64,000 nt of DNA, taken from assembly GCA_963764285.1 (NCBI GenBank), contig CAVXSA010000014.1, positions 49,901-113,900 of the forward strand, in the 5' to 3' direction. The notes under the pieces were generated by a model. It was not told the DNA's origin, did no database searches, and worked only from the letters and a program-made list of their open reading frames with translations. Each line of letters starts with the position of its first letter. Position 1 is the first letter of the stretch. Of this stretch, positions 21,836 through 32,053 are shown one piece after another. This DNA is from an uncultured Flavobacteriaceae bacterium (GTDB taxonomy: Bacteria > Bacteroidota > Bacteroidia > Flavobacteriales > Flavobacteriaceae). Position numbers and translations under genes: made by a program.

Positions 21836-23011
21836 ATGAGCAAAGATAAAGTACAGATTTTTGATACCACGTTACGTGACGGCGAACAGGTGCCCGGCTG
21901 TAAACTGGATGCCGAACAAAAACTGGTCATTGCGGAACGCTTGGATGAATTGGGAGTGGATATTATCGAAGCGGGATTTCCCATTTCGAGTCCCGGGGAC
22001 TTTAAGTCCGTTGACCAAATTTCCAAATTAGTCAAGAACGCTACAGTATGTGGACTCACTAGAGCGGTAAAAAAGGATATCGAAGTGGCCGCAGAGGCCC
22101 TTAAATACGCCAAAAAACCGAGGATACATACGGGAATCGGTACTTCGGATTCCCATATCAAACACAAATTCAATTCCAATCGCGAGGCCATCATCGAACG
22201 GGCCGTAAGTGCGGTTCGCTATGCCAAGACCTTTGTCGAGGATGTGGAATTCTATGCAGAGGATGCGGGGCGTACCGACAATGAATTCCTCGCAAAAATC
22301 TGCGAGGCGGTGGTCAAGGCGGGCGCTACGGTACTGAACATTCCCGATACAACGGGATACTGTTTGCCCGAGGAATACGGAGGCAAAATGAAATACCTGA
22401 AGGAAAACGTAAAAGGGATTCACAAGGCGACACTTTCCTGCCACTGCCACAATGATTTGGGCCTCGCCACGGCGAACTCTATCGCCGGTGTGATCAATGG
22501 GGCAAGACAGATCGAATGCACGATCAACGGTATCGGCGAGCGGGCCGGCAATACCTCTTTAGAGGAAGTGGTCATGATTATGCGTCAACACCCCGACCTA
22601 AACCTCGATACCAATATCAACAGTAAACTCCTGTTCGATACCAGCCGGATGGTCTCCCAAAAAATGGGAATGATAGTACAGCCTAACAAGGCTATTGTGG
22701 GGGCGAATGCCTTTGCCCATAGTTCCGGAATCCATCAAGATGGGGTTATCAAAAACCGGGAAACCTATGAAATCATAGACCCGGAGGATGTGGGTGTAAA
22801 CGAATCATCCATTGTGCTGACGGCCAGAAGCGGCCGGGCCGCACTTGCCTATAGAGCCAAAATCGTGGGATACGAATTGACCAAACGCCAACTGGACGAG
22901 GTATATCGGGAATTCCTTAATTTCGCCGATTTGCACAGGGAAATATCGGACGAGGACATCCCCAAAATCATTCAGGCCTGTAATTTGGATATCGAGAGTG
23001 TAACCCACTAA
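21836..23011 (+). CDS. leuA: 2-isopropylmalate synthase, short form without the C-terminal regulatory domain
   Basis: [40 protein letters not shown]; ends at 391 aa. Confidence 0.93.
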   Translation: MSKDKVQIFDTTLRDGEQVPGCKLDAEQKLVIAERLDELGVDIIEAGFPISSPGDFKSVDQISKLVKNATVCGLTRAVKKDIEVAAEALKYAKKPRIHTGIGTSDSHIKHKFNSNREAIIERAVSAVRYAKTFVEDVEFYAEDAGRTDNEFLAKICEAVVKAGATVLNIPDTTGYCLPEEYGGKMKYLKENVKGIHKATLSCHCHNDLGLATANSIAGVINGARQIECTINGIGERAGNTSLEEVVMIMRQHPDLNLDTNINSKLLFDTSRMVSQKMGMIVQPNKAIVGANAFAHSSGIHQDGVIKNRETYEIIDPEDVGVNESSIVLTARSGRAALAYRAKIVGYELTKRQLDEVYREFLNFADLHREISDEDIPKIIQACNLDIESVTH

Positions 23012-23021
23012 CGCACTTCAT

Positions 23022-24140
23022 ATGCAGCTAAAAATTGCCCTTCTAGGCGGAGACGGAATCGGACCGGAGGTCTTGTCCCAATCCATAAAATGCCTCAAGG
23101 CGATTGAGGAAACTTTCAATCATCGTTTCATATATCAGGAAGCGCCCGTCGGGGCTATCGCCATGACAAGTACCGGCAAGCCCTTGCCCGACGAGACTCT
23201 CAAGTTGTGCCGGGATTCCGATGCGATTCTATTTGGGGCTATCGGGGCGTTGGAGTATGATAACAATCCCGAGGCCAAGGTACGGCCGGAACAGGGACTG
23301 CTGAAATTACGGAAGGAATTAGGGCTTTTTGCCAGCATCCGCCCGATAAAAACCTTTCCCACCTTAATGGCCAATTCCCCTTTAAAGGAAGAAGTGATCG
23401 CCAATACCGATCTGGTCATTTTCCGGGAACTGACCGGGGGCATTTATTTTGGGAAGAAAACAATTAGTGCCGATGGTACGATCGCCTCCGACCTCTGCCA
23501 ATATTCAGAGCAAGAGATAGGTCGAATCGCCCATTTGGCTTTCAAAGCGGCCAAAAAGCGAAGAAAAAAACTAACTTTGGTCGATAAGGCCAATGTGATG
23601 GAATCATCGCGACTCTGGCGAAAAACGGTCACCGAAATCGGCAAGAGCTATCCCGAAGTCGAACTTCAATGCCTCTTTATCGACAATGCCGCCGTTCAGA
23701 TGATGATGAAGCCCACCCAGTTCGATGTTATTCTGACCGATAATATGTTCGGTGATATCCTTTCCGATCAAGGGAGCGTAATCATCGGTTCTACGGGATT
23801 GTTGCCTTCTGCGTCCATAGGGGCCGAAAATGCCATGTTCGAGCCTTTTCATGGATCCTATCCCCAGGCGAAGGGCAAGAATATCGCCAATCCCGTGGCC
23901 TCCATTCTCAGCACAGCCATGATGCTGCAGCATTTTGGTATGGATGAGGAGGCAAATGCCGTAATGACCGCCGTACACAAATCCTTTGTCAAAAAAGTGG
24001 TCACTCCCGATGTGCTCGGCAGCAGCAAATACGGTACGGAATACGTGGGGGATTTTATTACGGAGAACATCGTGGATTCCGATGAAAACTTCCATCTGAA
24101 CGACGAGAATATCTGGCTGGGGAAATCAACCATTATTTAA
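23022..24140 (+). CDS. leuB: 3-isopropylmalate dehydrogenase
   Basis: GDGIGPEV, RPEQGLLKLRK, RELTGGIYFG, VDKANV, NMFGDILSD, EPFHGSYP...IANP. Confidence 0.93.
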   Translation: MQLKIALLGGDGIGPEVLSQSIKCLKAIEETFNHRFIYQEAPVGAIAMTSTGKPLPDETLKLCRDSDAILFGAIGALEYDNNPEAKVRPEQGLLKLRKELGLFASIRPIKTFPTLMANSPLKEEVIANTDLVIFRELTGGIYFGKKTISADGTIASDLCQYSEQEIGRIAHLAFKAAKKRRKKLTLVDKANVMESSRLWRKTVTEIGKSYPEVELQCLFIDNAAVQMMMKPTQFDVILTDNMFGDILSDQGSVIIGSTGLLPSASIGAENAMFEPFHGSYPQAKGKNIANPVASILSTAMMLQHFGMDEEANAVMTAVHKSFVKKVVTPDVLGSSKYGTEYVGDFITENIVDSDENFHLNDENIWLGKSTII

Positions 24141-24159
24141 GATTCCAAGTCCCCAATAG

Positions 24160-24208
24160 GTCACATCTAGTGCCTCGGCCCTACTCGGCATGAACTAAAG
24201 TCGAGGTG
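24160..24208. repeat. REP/Flavo-1-like palindromic element, second copy
   Basis: GTCACATCTAG-TGCCTCGGCCCTACTCGGCATGAACTAAAGTCGAGGTG; related to the element after dnaK, with a compensatory stem change. Confidence 0.55.
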
Positions 24209-24261
24209 CCCAATTTCCATTCTATTATTCTATCTTTGCAGCCGTTAGTTAAACCCACTTT

Positions 24262-26688
24262 ATGCAGATTTCTTACAACTGGTTGAAGCAATTCATAAAA
24301 CCGGATTGGAATTCCCAAAAAACCTCCGAACTGCTGACCGATCTGGGTCTTGAAGTAGAGAGTATCACCACCTTCGAATCGGTTAAAGGAGGTCTTAAAG
24401 GTGTTGTGGTCGGCCACGTTCTTGCTTGTATAAAACACCCCAACGCCGATACATTGAAATTGGCGACTGTCGATATTGGCACTGATTCTCCCGTGCAGAT
24501 TGTATGTGGCGCACCCAACGTTGCCAAAGGCCTAAAAGTGCCGGTGGCGACAATCGGCACTACCTTATACACCCCGGATGGCGAGGCGTGGAAAATCAAA
24601 AAGGGGAAGATACGCGGTGAGGAAAGCCATGGCATGATCTGCGCCGAGGATGAACTGGGACTAGGTGCCGGACATGAAGGCATTATGGTACTGGATGAAT
24701 CCTTAAAACCTGGCACTCCCTGTTCCAAGGTTTTTACCGTGGAACAGGACGAAGTCTTCGAAATCGGCCTCACCCCGAACCGTGCCGATGCCATGAGCCA
24801 TTTCGGCGTGGCCAGGGATTTGAAGGCGGGGCTTAAACAAAGGGAGGTGGACAAAGAATTGATTACCCCCTCCGTAAGCCAGTTCGGCGTTGACGACCGA
24901 TCGCTAAAACTGCAGGTTACGGTAGAAGACAGCAAGGCGGCACCACGCTACTGCGGGGTAAGCATGACCAATCTAACCGTAAAGCCTTCGCCCGAATGGC
25001 TTCAGAACAGGTTACGGGCCATTGGGGTCAAACCCATCAATAATGTAGTAGATGCCACGAATTACGTACTACACGATCTAGGCCAACCCCTACATGCCTT
25101 TGATGCGGAAAGAATCCACGACAATAAGATTGTGGTAAAGACCCTTCCCTCCGGCACCAAATTCATGACATTGGACGGGGAGGAACGCATCTTACACCAA
25201 GACGACCTCATGATTTGTGACTCCGAAAAGCCGATGTGTATCGCCGGTGTCTTTGGCGGTATCAATACAGGTGTTACGGAAAAGACTACCTCTATCTTTT
25301 TGGAAAGCGCCTATTTCGATCCTGTGTCCATTCGGAAGACCGCTAAAAGACACGGTCTCAATACGGACGCCTCCTTTCGATTCGAGCGGGGTATCGATAT
25401 AGAAAATGTGGAGTATGCCCTTAAGCGGGCCGCCTTATTGATCAAGGAAATTGCTGGGGGCGATGTGTCTTCCGATATAGTGGACCTCTATCCCAAACGA
25501 ATCGATGAAAATCAGGTTTTTCTGACGTTTCGCAAGACCTATTCCCTGATCGGTCAAGAAATTCCCCAAGATACCATTAAATCCATTCTTGCGTCACTTG
25601 ACATTCGGGTCAAAAGCGTGACCGAGGCCGGGCTTGGCTTAACCATCCCCACCTACCGGGTAGACGTGCAGCGAGAGGTTGACGTAATCGAAGAGATTCT
25701 ACGAGTTTATGGCTACAATAACATCGATTTCAAACCTAAATTGAACGCCTCCATCGCACAGGTTCATAAATTCGAGGACTATAAATTACAACATATCATC
25801 GGTGATTTGTTGGCCGCCCAAGGATTTTACGAAATTATGGCGAACAGCTTGACCTCCCACGATCATTCCGAATTGTTGGGGAACGGAGATAAAGAAAGTG
25901 CCGTAACCATACTCAATCCTTTAGGTACCGAACTCTCGGTCATGCGTCAGTCCCTTTTGTTTTCAGGTTTGGAGGCCATATCCTACAATATAAATAGGAA
26001 AAACAAGGACTTGAAGTTCTTCGAATTCGGAAAAACCTACCATCAAAAGGAAACCAGTCGCATTGAAAACAAACACTTAAGTCTTTTTCTGACCGGAAAC
26101 CGTACCATGGATGGCTGGGCAGTGGCCGATAAACCAACGGATTTCTTTTATTTGAAATCCGTAGTTACCAACATTTTATCCCGCCTGGGAATCTCGGAAA
26201 CTGTCCCGATGCCAACCGAGAACCCTATTTTTTCGGAAGGTCTCGCATTGACGGTCCACGGTAAGGAACTGCTTTCATTAGGTACAGTCAAGAAATCCAT
26301 CCTAGAAAATATGAATATCAAGCGGGAAATCCTATATGCCGACTTCAACTGGGATCACATTATTGCCTTGGCTAGAAATAATGATATCAGCTACAAGGAA
26401 ATTCCGAAATATCCCGAAGTAAAACGTGATTTGGCCCTGCTACTGGACGATAAGATCAGCTTTCAGCAATTGTACGAACTCGGACGACGTACGGAGAAAA
26501 ATTGGTTGAAGCAAATCAACCTGTTCGATGTGTATACCGGTAACAATCTCCCGGAAGGAAAAAAATCATATGCTATAAGCTTCACGCTACAAAATCCACA
26601 ACGGACTTTGACCGATGGGCAAATAGACAAGATTATGGATAAGCTACAGCGCCGCTATGAAGAGGAATATGGAGCGGAACTGCGGTGA
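24262..26688 (+). CDS. pheT: Phenylalanyl-tRNA synthetase beta subunit
   Basis: ISYNWLKQF, HPNAD, VCGAPNV, TPNRADAMSH, SFRFERG, FEFGKTY, YPEVKRDLA; TATCTTTG promoter at 24231-24238. Confidence 0.98.
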   Translation: MQISYNWLKQFIKPDWNSQKTSELLTDLGLEVESITTFESVKGGLKGVVVGHVLACIKHPNADTLKLATVDIGTDSPVQIVCGAPNVAKGLKVPVATIGTTLYTPDGEAWKIKKGKIRGEESHGMICAEDELGLGAGHEGIMVLDESLKPGTPCSKVFTVEQDEVFEIGLTPNRADAMSHFGVARDLKAGLKQREVDKELITPSVSQFGVDDRSLKLQVTVEDSKAAPRYCGVSMTNLTVKPSPEWLQNRLRAIGVKPINNVVDATNYVLHDLGQPLHAFDAERIHDNKIVVKTLPSGTKFMTLDGEERILHQDDLMICDSEKPMCIAGVFGGINTGVTEKTTSIFLESAYFDPVSIRKTAKRHGLNTDASFRFERGIDIENVEYALKRAALLIKEIAGGDVSSDIVDLYPKRIDENQVFLTFRKTYSLIGQEIPQDTIKSILASLDIRVKSVTEAGLGLTIPTYRVDVQREVDVIEEILRVYGYNNIDFKPKLNASIAQVHKFEDYKLQHIIGDLLAAQGFYEIMANSLTSHDHSELLGNGDKESAVTILNPLGTELSVMRQSLLFSGLEAISYNINRKNKDLKFFEFGKTYHQKETSRIENKHLSLFLTGNRTMDGWAVADKPTDFFYLKSVVTNILSRLGISETVPMPTENPIFSEGLALTVHGKELLSLGTVKKSILENMNIKREILYADFNWDHIIALARNNDISYKEIPKYPEVKRDLALLLDDKISFQQLYELGRRTEKNWLKQINLFDVYTGNNLPEGKKSYAISFTLQNPQRTLTDGQIDKIMDKLQRRYEEEYGAELR

Positions 26689-26853
26689 AATTTGTCGCGG
26701 GAACGGCTTTCAGTCGGCAATTATATCAGACGGAAAACTTAATTTTCGATCGCTACTTCACTCCTTAAATTAACCAAACCTTAACAAATCAATGGGGGCT
26801 AAGAATTATTTTCTCGCCATGAATTCCTTAAATTTGAGGAAAAAGAAAATTAT

Positions 26854-27573
26854 ATGCTGTTGAAAAGAACCAATATCGAAGAAAAGCTAGCTCGTCTCAA
26901 GAACGATGAAAAGGCTTCCGAAGCGATGCTGGAACAGGTTCAAAAAATTTTGAACGCCGACTCCAATTGTATTGAGCGTATCGAGGTGAACCTAGTTGAG
27001 GGAAGGGATAACGTAATAAACCATTTCGATTTCGACCTTTTGGAGACCCACCGCATCTACCATCTCGACCAGATTAAAAAAACCTGTATCGACTATCGGC
27101 TCCGTTTTTTAAATTCAAAATATTTTAAGGGCGAAATTCCCGCCGAGGCTATCTCGAAAATCAAACGGCTCGAACAGGAACATAATATTGAAATCCAGGG
27201 GTTCAAGATTATAGCTCCCTCGAAATTGTTCAAATTACAGGACAAAGACGACCCGCTACTTTTTGTGCCTATCGGTAACAATTACTTTTACCTGATACAT
27301 AAGTGGGGCCATGACCTGCACCCCTTGCGCAAGTGGCTCATGTGGCCCTTCAAGGGGATAGTCAACTTAACGGTACTTGTCCTTCTGATCAGTTATCTGG
27401 TTACCCTGCTCATTCCCGAAGGTCTATTCTCGAAAAGCAGTTCCAATGCGGAATTCTGGATTATTTTCTTTTTCATGTTCAAATCCCTTGCCTCCGTGGT
27501 AATATTCTATGGATTTGCCCTGGGCAAGAACTTTAACCCCGCCATTTGGAACAGTAAGTATTTTAATGCTTAA
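26854..27573 (+). CDS. Hypothetical protein with two C-terminal TM helices
   Basis: 239-aa ORF; DDPLLF...LIHKWG motif followed by hydrophobic segments; TAAATTTG promoter at 26829-26836. Confidence 0.75.
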   Translation: MLLKRTNIEEKLARLKNDEKASEAMLEQVQKILNADSNCIERIEVNLVEGRDNVINHFDFDLLETHRIYHLDQIKKTCIDYRLRFLNSKYFKGEIPAEAISKIKRLEQEHNIEIQGFKIIAPSKLFKLQDKDDPLLFVPIGNNYFYLIHKWGHDLHPLRKWLMWPFKGIVNLTVLVLLISYLVTLLIPEGLFSKSSSNAEFWIIFFFMFKSLASVVIFYGFALGKNFNPAIWNSKYFNA

Positions 27574-27592
27574 TGTTATTTTTAGATGCCAC

Positions 27593-28732
27593 CTAATCGA
27601 TGTAAATCGCATAAGGAATTCCGGGCAAATCTAGGTTTCCTACAAATTCGGGTACGGGTACGGGTTTGACCCGAATAAGCCCTCCTTTTTCATCACCTCC
27701 TGATTTTTTATATCCTATCAGCAAGAGGTTGTTCGTCTCGTCATATTGCACTACGGTGGTATTTTCTATCTTGAACTCGAAATTGCGCTGCGCTGCTGTC
27801 AAGAAGTTTTCATAGGCATACAAGACCGCTGAATTCTTATGGAAATCATAAACGGCGGGAATTCGGGAATACAGGCTAAGGGGACCTGCTAACATAGCAT
27901 AATACATTTTTCCACTACTATCAAAGTGCCGGAATTCAGATCCGATGAAATTAGGGGCGGCATTCGCGGGATAGCGGGTAAAATTAAAACTTAGGGTCGC
28001 ACTGTTAATGGTGGTGTGAAGCTCATCATAGCTAATAATAATATTGTCATCTGGATTTTTGAAAATCCCAAGGGCTTTGAAACCGAGGTTGGCGGTGAAC
28101 ACCACTGTACGAGTATCCGCATCCAAAACGCTTAGCTTGTGCTCGCCGGTAATATTTTCATCAACACCGAGAACGAATAATTGGTTCTTGGCGAAAGCAA
28201 GACCGACGGGCTTATACGCAAGTGACGTATCGATAAAAGTAGCGTCGTCGCTCGAAATATCGATAGCCCGTACAAAATATTCGCTGCTTCCTTTGCCCAT
28301 GTTTTGTGCCAGCCCATACGCTATATAAACCGTATTGCCCGAGTTGACGATAGCCAATGCGCTAAGGTTACAGGTTCCCAAATCGGTAAAGACTTCAAAT
28401 CTCCTCGAGGTGTCCCCGTTAAAATCATGAACGGTAATTTCACCACTACAATCAGATTTTGAATGGTACATGGTCAGTACCTTGCCTTCTTCGGAAATGA
28501 GTTGGGGTTCGGCGGTATCCTTAAACCCACTTTCGGCCGTATTAATGGCCAGAGTCTCGCCATCCGCATTAAGAGGCGTAGCGTTCAATTGGCCATTCCC
28601 CTTTAATATCAAGGTGTATGCGGCTTCATTTCCCGATTTAATTTTGCCGTCATGACCAGGTTCGTCGGACTTACTGCAACCCATGGCGAACAACACCAAT
28701 AGGGCAGAGAATAGGGTGTAGGATTTCATCAT
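27593..28732 (-). CDS. Hypothetical lipoprotein, probably beta-propeller-like
   Basis: Lipobox AMG-C followed by SKSDE; beta-rich repeats. Confidence 0.7.
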   Translation of the reverse strand: MMKSYTLFSALLVLFAMGCSKSDEPGHDGKIKSGNEAAYTLILKGNGQLNATPLNADGETLAINTAESGFKDTAEPQLISEEGKVLTMYHSKSDCSGEITVHDFNGDTSRRFEVFTDLGTCNLSALAIVNSGNTVYIAYGLAQNMGKGSSEYFVRAIDISSDDATFIDTSLAYKPVGLAFAKNQLFVLGVDENITGEHKLSVLDADTRTVVFTANLGFKALGIFKNPDDNIIISYDELHTTINSATLSFNFTRYPANAAPNFIGSEFRHFDSSGKMYYAMLAGPLSLYSRIPAVYDFHKNSAVLYAYENFLTAAQRNFEFKIENTTVVQYDETNNLLLIGYKKSGGDEKGGLIRVKPVPVPEFVGNLDLPGIPYAIYID

Positions 28733-28777
28733 GTCAAGATTGGGGATTAACAGAATGAACTTACATGGAGTTCAAAT

Positions 28778-30406
28778 CTATGCGGGCACGGCATACATTT
28801 TTTCACGCTGTTCCCGCAATGTCTTGTCAGACATATATTCTTCAAACGTCAAATATCTATCAATGTTGCCTTTAGGCGTCAATTCTATGATACGATCGGC
28901 GACGGTCTGTGCAAATTCGTGGTCATGGGTAGTCAGAAGAACCGTGCCCTTGAAGTTTGTAAGGGAATTATTAAAGGCGGTAATACTCTCCAGATCCAAG
29001 TGATTGGTAGGTTCGTCGAGCATAAGTACGTTGGCGCGCTGCAACATCATTCTGCTTAACATACAACGCACTTTCTCGCCTCCGGAAAGCACGGTACATT
29101 TTTTTAGTGCCTCTTCGCCGCTAAAGAGCATTTTACCCAAAAAACCACGGATGTACACCTCTTCTCGCTCTTCTTCGGTCTTGGCCCATTGGCGCAGCCA
29201 GTCAACCAAACTTATATTCTCGGTAAAAAAATCTGAATTATCGGCAGGGAGATAGGATTGGTTAGTGGTAATGCCCCACTGAAAACTGCCGGCATCGGCT
29301 TTCTTATTTCCGTTAATTATTTCGTAGAAAGCGGTTGTCGCCCTAGAGTCCTTAGAAATTACGGCCACTTTGTCCCCTTTGGCCAAGTTGATATTGACAT
29401 TTTCAAAAAGCGTCTCGCCATCTTCGGTAGCCGCGGCCAATTTATCGACGTTTAATATTTGGTCGCCTGCTTCCCGTTCCCTATCAAAGATAATGGCCGG
29501 ATACCTTCGACTGGAGGGTTTAATATCCTCGACCTTTAACTTAGACAACATTTTCTTGCGCGAGGTGGCCTGCTTGCTTTTTGCGACATTGGCACTGAAA
29601 CGCGCGATGAATTCCTGCAGCTCCTTGGCCTTTTCCTCAGCCTTCTTATTCTGTTGTGCGCGTTGGCGTGCCGCCAATTGGCTGCTTTCATACCAAAAGC
29701 TATAGTTGCCCGAATAGAGGTTCATCTTACCGAAATCGATATCGGCGATATGGGTACAGACGGAATCCAAAAAATGCCGGTCGTGCGATACCACGATGAC
29801 GGTATTTTCGTAATAGGCCAAAAAATTCTCCAGCCAATGGATGGTTTCGTAATCCAAATCATTGGTCGGCTCATCCATAATCAGCACATCGGGGTTGCCA
29901 AAGAGGGCCTGAGCCAAAAGCACGCGGACTTTCAGTTTGGAATCCATTTCGGCCATGGCCGTATAATGCATCTCTTCGGTAATACCGAGGTTAGAAAGTA
30001 GGGCCGCAGCGTCGCTGTCGGCGTTCCAGCCGTTCATTTCCTCGAATTCCACCTGCAGCTCGCCTATCTTATCGGCGTTTTCGTCGGTATAATCCGCATA
30101 CAACGCATCGATCTGTTGCTTGATGGCAAAAAGGGGCTTATTGCCCATGACCACCGTTTCGAGTACCGTATGGGCGTCGTAAGCGTTATGATCCTGTTCC
30201 AGGATGGACATCCGTTTTCCGGGTTCAAGGTTGACGCGGCCCGAAGTGGGGTCGATCTGGCCCGAAAGGATCCGGAGGAAGGTGGACTTTCCCGCCCCGT
30301 TGGCCCCGATTACACCGTAGCAGTTCCCCTGTGTAAAGGTGACATCCACATCATCGAACAAGACTCTTTTTCCGAATTGAACGGAGAGGTTTGATACAGA
30401 AAGCAT
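28778..30406 (-). CDS. ABC-F family ribosome-associated ATPase (YbiT-like)
   Basis: Two ABC domains with no TM segments: GANGAGKST, DEPTNDLD, VSHDRHFL, linker, LSGGEKVR, DEPTNHLD. The second Walker A is degenerate. Confidence 0.93.
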   Translation of the reverse strand: MLSVSNLSVQFGKRVLFDDVDVTFTQGNCYGVIGANGAGKSTFLRILSGQIDPTSGRVNLEPGKRMSILEQDHNAYDAHTVLETVVMGNKPLFAIKQQIDALYADYTDENADKIGELQVEFEEMNGWNADSDAAALLSNLGITEEMHYTAMAEMDSKLKVRVLLAQALFGNPDVLIMDEPTNDLDYETIHWLENFLAYYENTVIVVSHDRHFLDSVCTHIADIDFGKMNLYSGNYSFWYESSQLAARQRAQQNKKAEEKAKELQEFIARFSANVAKSKQATSRKKMLSKLKVEDIKPSSRRYPAIIFDREREAGDQILNVDKLAAATEDGETLFENVNINLAKGDKVAVISKDSRATTAFYEIINGNKKADAGSFQWGITTNQSYLPADNSDFFTENISLVDWLRQWAKTEEEREEVYIRGFLGKMLFSGEEALKKCTVLSGGEKVRCMLSRMMLQRANVLMLDEPTNHLDLESITAFNNSLTNFKGTVLLTTHDHEFAQTVADRIIELTPKGNIDRYLTFEEYMSDKTLREQREKMYAVPA

Positions 30407-30590
30407 AGCTATTTTCTTTTAAAATTTCGTGCAAAATTACGGAATTTTGGTCGTCTAACCCAATGTACCGTACCCCAAATACCTTTCACCGATTTCATTA
30501 CCCCGATCCTTACTTTTTTTAACTCGCTATTAACAGCACGCGGTACTAGGGTTACGTAATTTTGAGTAGTACATAAGTGCTCACCTCCCT

Positions 30591-31979
30591 ATGATTAAAT
30601 CGTTTTTATATTTTTTTCTGATTGTGCTGGCAGGTTGCGGCCCAGGGGGAAAAAACTCCACCAGCGTTTTTTTTGGTGGGGAAATCGTTAATCCCACCAG
30701 TAATTATGTGGTACTGTTCAACGGTGATATTGCCATAGATTCCGCGAAGCTGAACGAACAGAACCGATTTTCGTTTTCCCTCGATTCCGTTACCGAAGGA
30801 CTATATCATTTCAACCATGAACCCGAGTTACAGTATGTTTATCTGAAGCAGGGCGATAGTCTGGCTATCCGGCTGAATACCCTCTATTTTGATGAGTCGC
30901 TGATTTTTTCGGGAAAGGGAGAGGGAATTAATAATTTTTTATTGGAACGATTTTTAAAGCATGAAGAAGAGAACAGTTTCGTGCGTTCCCTTTACCTTCT
31001 GGATGCGACCGAATTCGAAGAAAAAATCGATTCCCTTATCGATTCGGGACTTGCCGCACTGACAGACCTGAAACAGGAAGACGATATATCCGAGAAGGAA
31101 GAAAATATAGCAAGGGCGAGCATTGTCTATCACTACGATACCTTTAAGGAGGAATATCCGTTCAAACACAAGCGGGTGACCGGCCAAAAAGACATTGTCA
31201 AAATGCCGGAAGATTTTTACGACTACCGGACAAAATTGAACTTCAATGATCAAGATCTAACCTATTTACGCCCCTATTATAATTTTATGCTAAACCATGT
31301 CGGCAATCTGTCCTATATGAACTGTAAGCACCACTGCGATATCAAAAACGGCGAGGTACAGAACCAGCTGCATTTCAACAAGCACAAACTCAAAATTATC
31401 GATAGCCTTTTTACCGAACGTGAATTGAAAGATAACCTATTCCGCTATGTAGCATTCGATTATTTGCTGAATGCCCATGAATCGGAAAAGGATAATGAAG
31501 AGTTTATAGAGGATTTCCACCAACTATCCGAGAACAATCGACACATGAAGGAAATCGAGACTCTCTATGAGGGCATCAAAAACATTCGGCCCAACAAAAA
31601 AATACCGGATGTAAATGTTACCAACATAGAAGGAAAATTAGTCTCGCTCCGTGAAATAGCCCAGGGAAAAGAGAATAAAACCATATTCTATTTCTGGTCG
31701 GGAGCTAATCGTGTCCACTTTGAGAATATGAAGCGTAGGATTGCCTACCTTTCCTCAACTAATACCCGATACCACTTTGTCGGCATCAATATCAGGACCG
31801 CAGAACCGGTCTGGAGGGGACTGGTCGAATCCTCGGGGATGAACAGGCAACTTCAGTACCGTTCGGCAGATTTTGATGCCCTTACCAAAGTATTGATTAT
31901 CGACAAACCCAATAAGTGCATCATCACCGAAAACGATATCATTGTTGACGCCTTTGCCAATGTCTATGGGCCCCTTTGA
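30591..31979 (+). CDS. Lipoprotein with a C-terminal TlpA/thioredoxin-like domain lacking CXXC
   Basis: Lipobox LAG-C; PDVNVTNIEGKLVSL...TIFYFWS...FVGINI layout of TlpA-like domains. Confidence 0.65.
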   Translation: MIKSFLYFFLIVLAGCGPGGKNSTSVFFGGEIVNPTSNYVVLFNGDIAIDSAKLNEQNRFSFSLDSVTEGLYHFNHEPELQYVYLKQGDSLAIRLNTLYFDESLIFSGKGEGINNFLLERFLKHEEENSFVRSLYLLDATEFEEKIDSLIDSGLAALTDLKQEDDISEKEENIARASIVYHYDTFKEEYPFKHKRVTGQKDIVKMPEDFYDYRTKLNFNDQDLTYLRPYYNFMLNHVGNLSYMNCKHHCDIKNGEVQNQLHFNKHKLKIIDSLFTERELKDNLFRYVAFDYLLNAHESEKDNEEFIEDFHQLSENNRHMKEIETLYEGIKNIRPNKKIPDVNVTNIEGKLVSLREIAQGKENKTIFYFWSGANRVHFENMKRRIAYLSSTNTRYHFVGINIRTAEPVWRGLVESSGMNRQLQYRSADFDALTKVLIIDKPNKCIITENDIIVDAFANVYGPL

Positions 31980-32053
31980 TAAACAACCTTGTTTCAGGTG
32001 AATAACACCTTTTTTGAGGCAGTTTCAAATGAAAGGGCAATAAGTTGATACCC

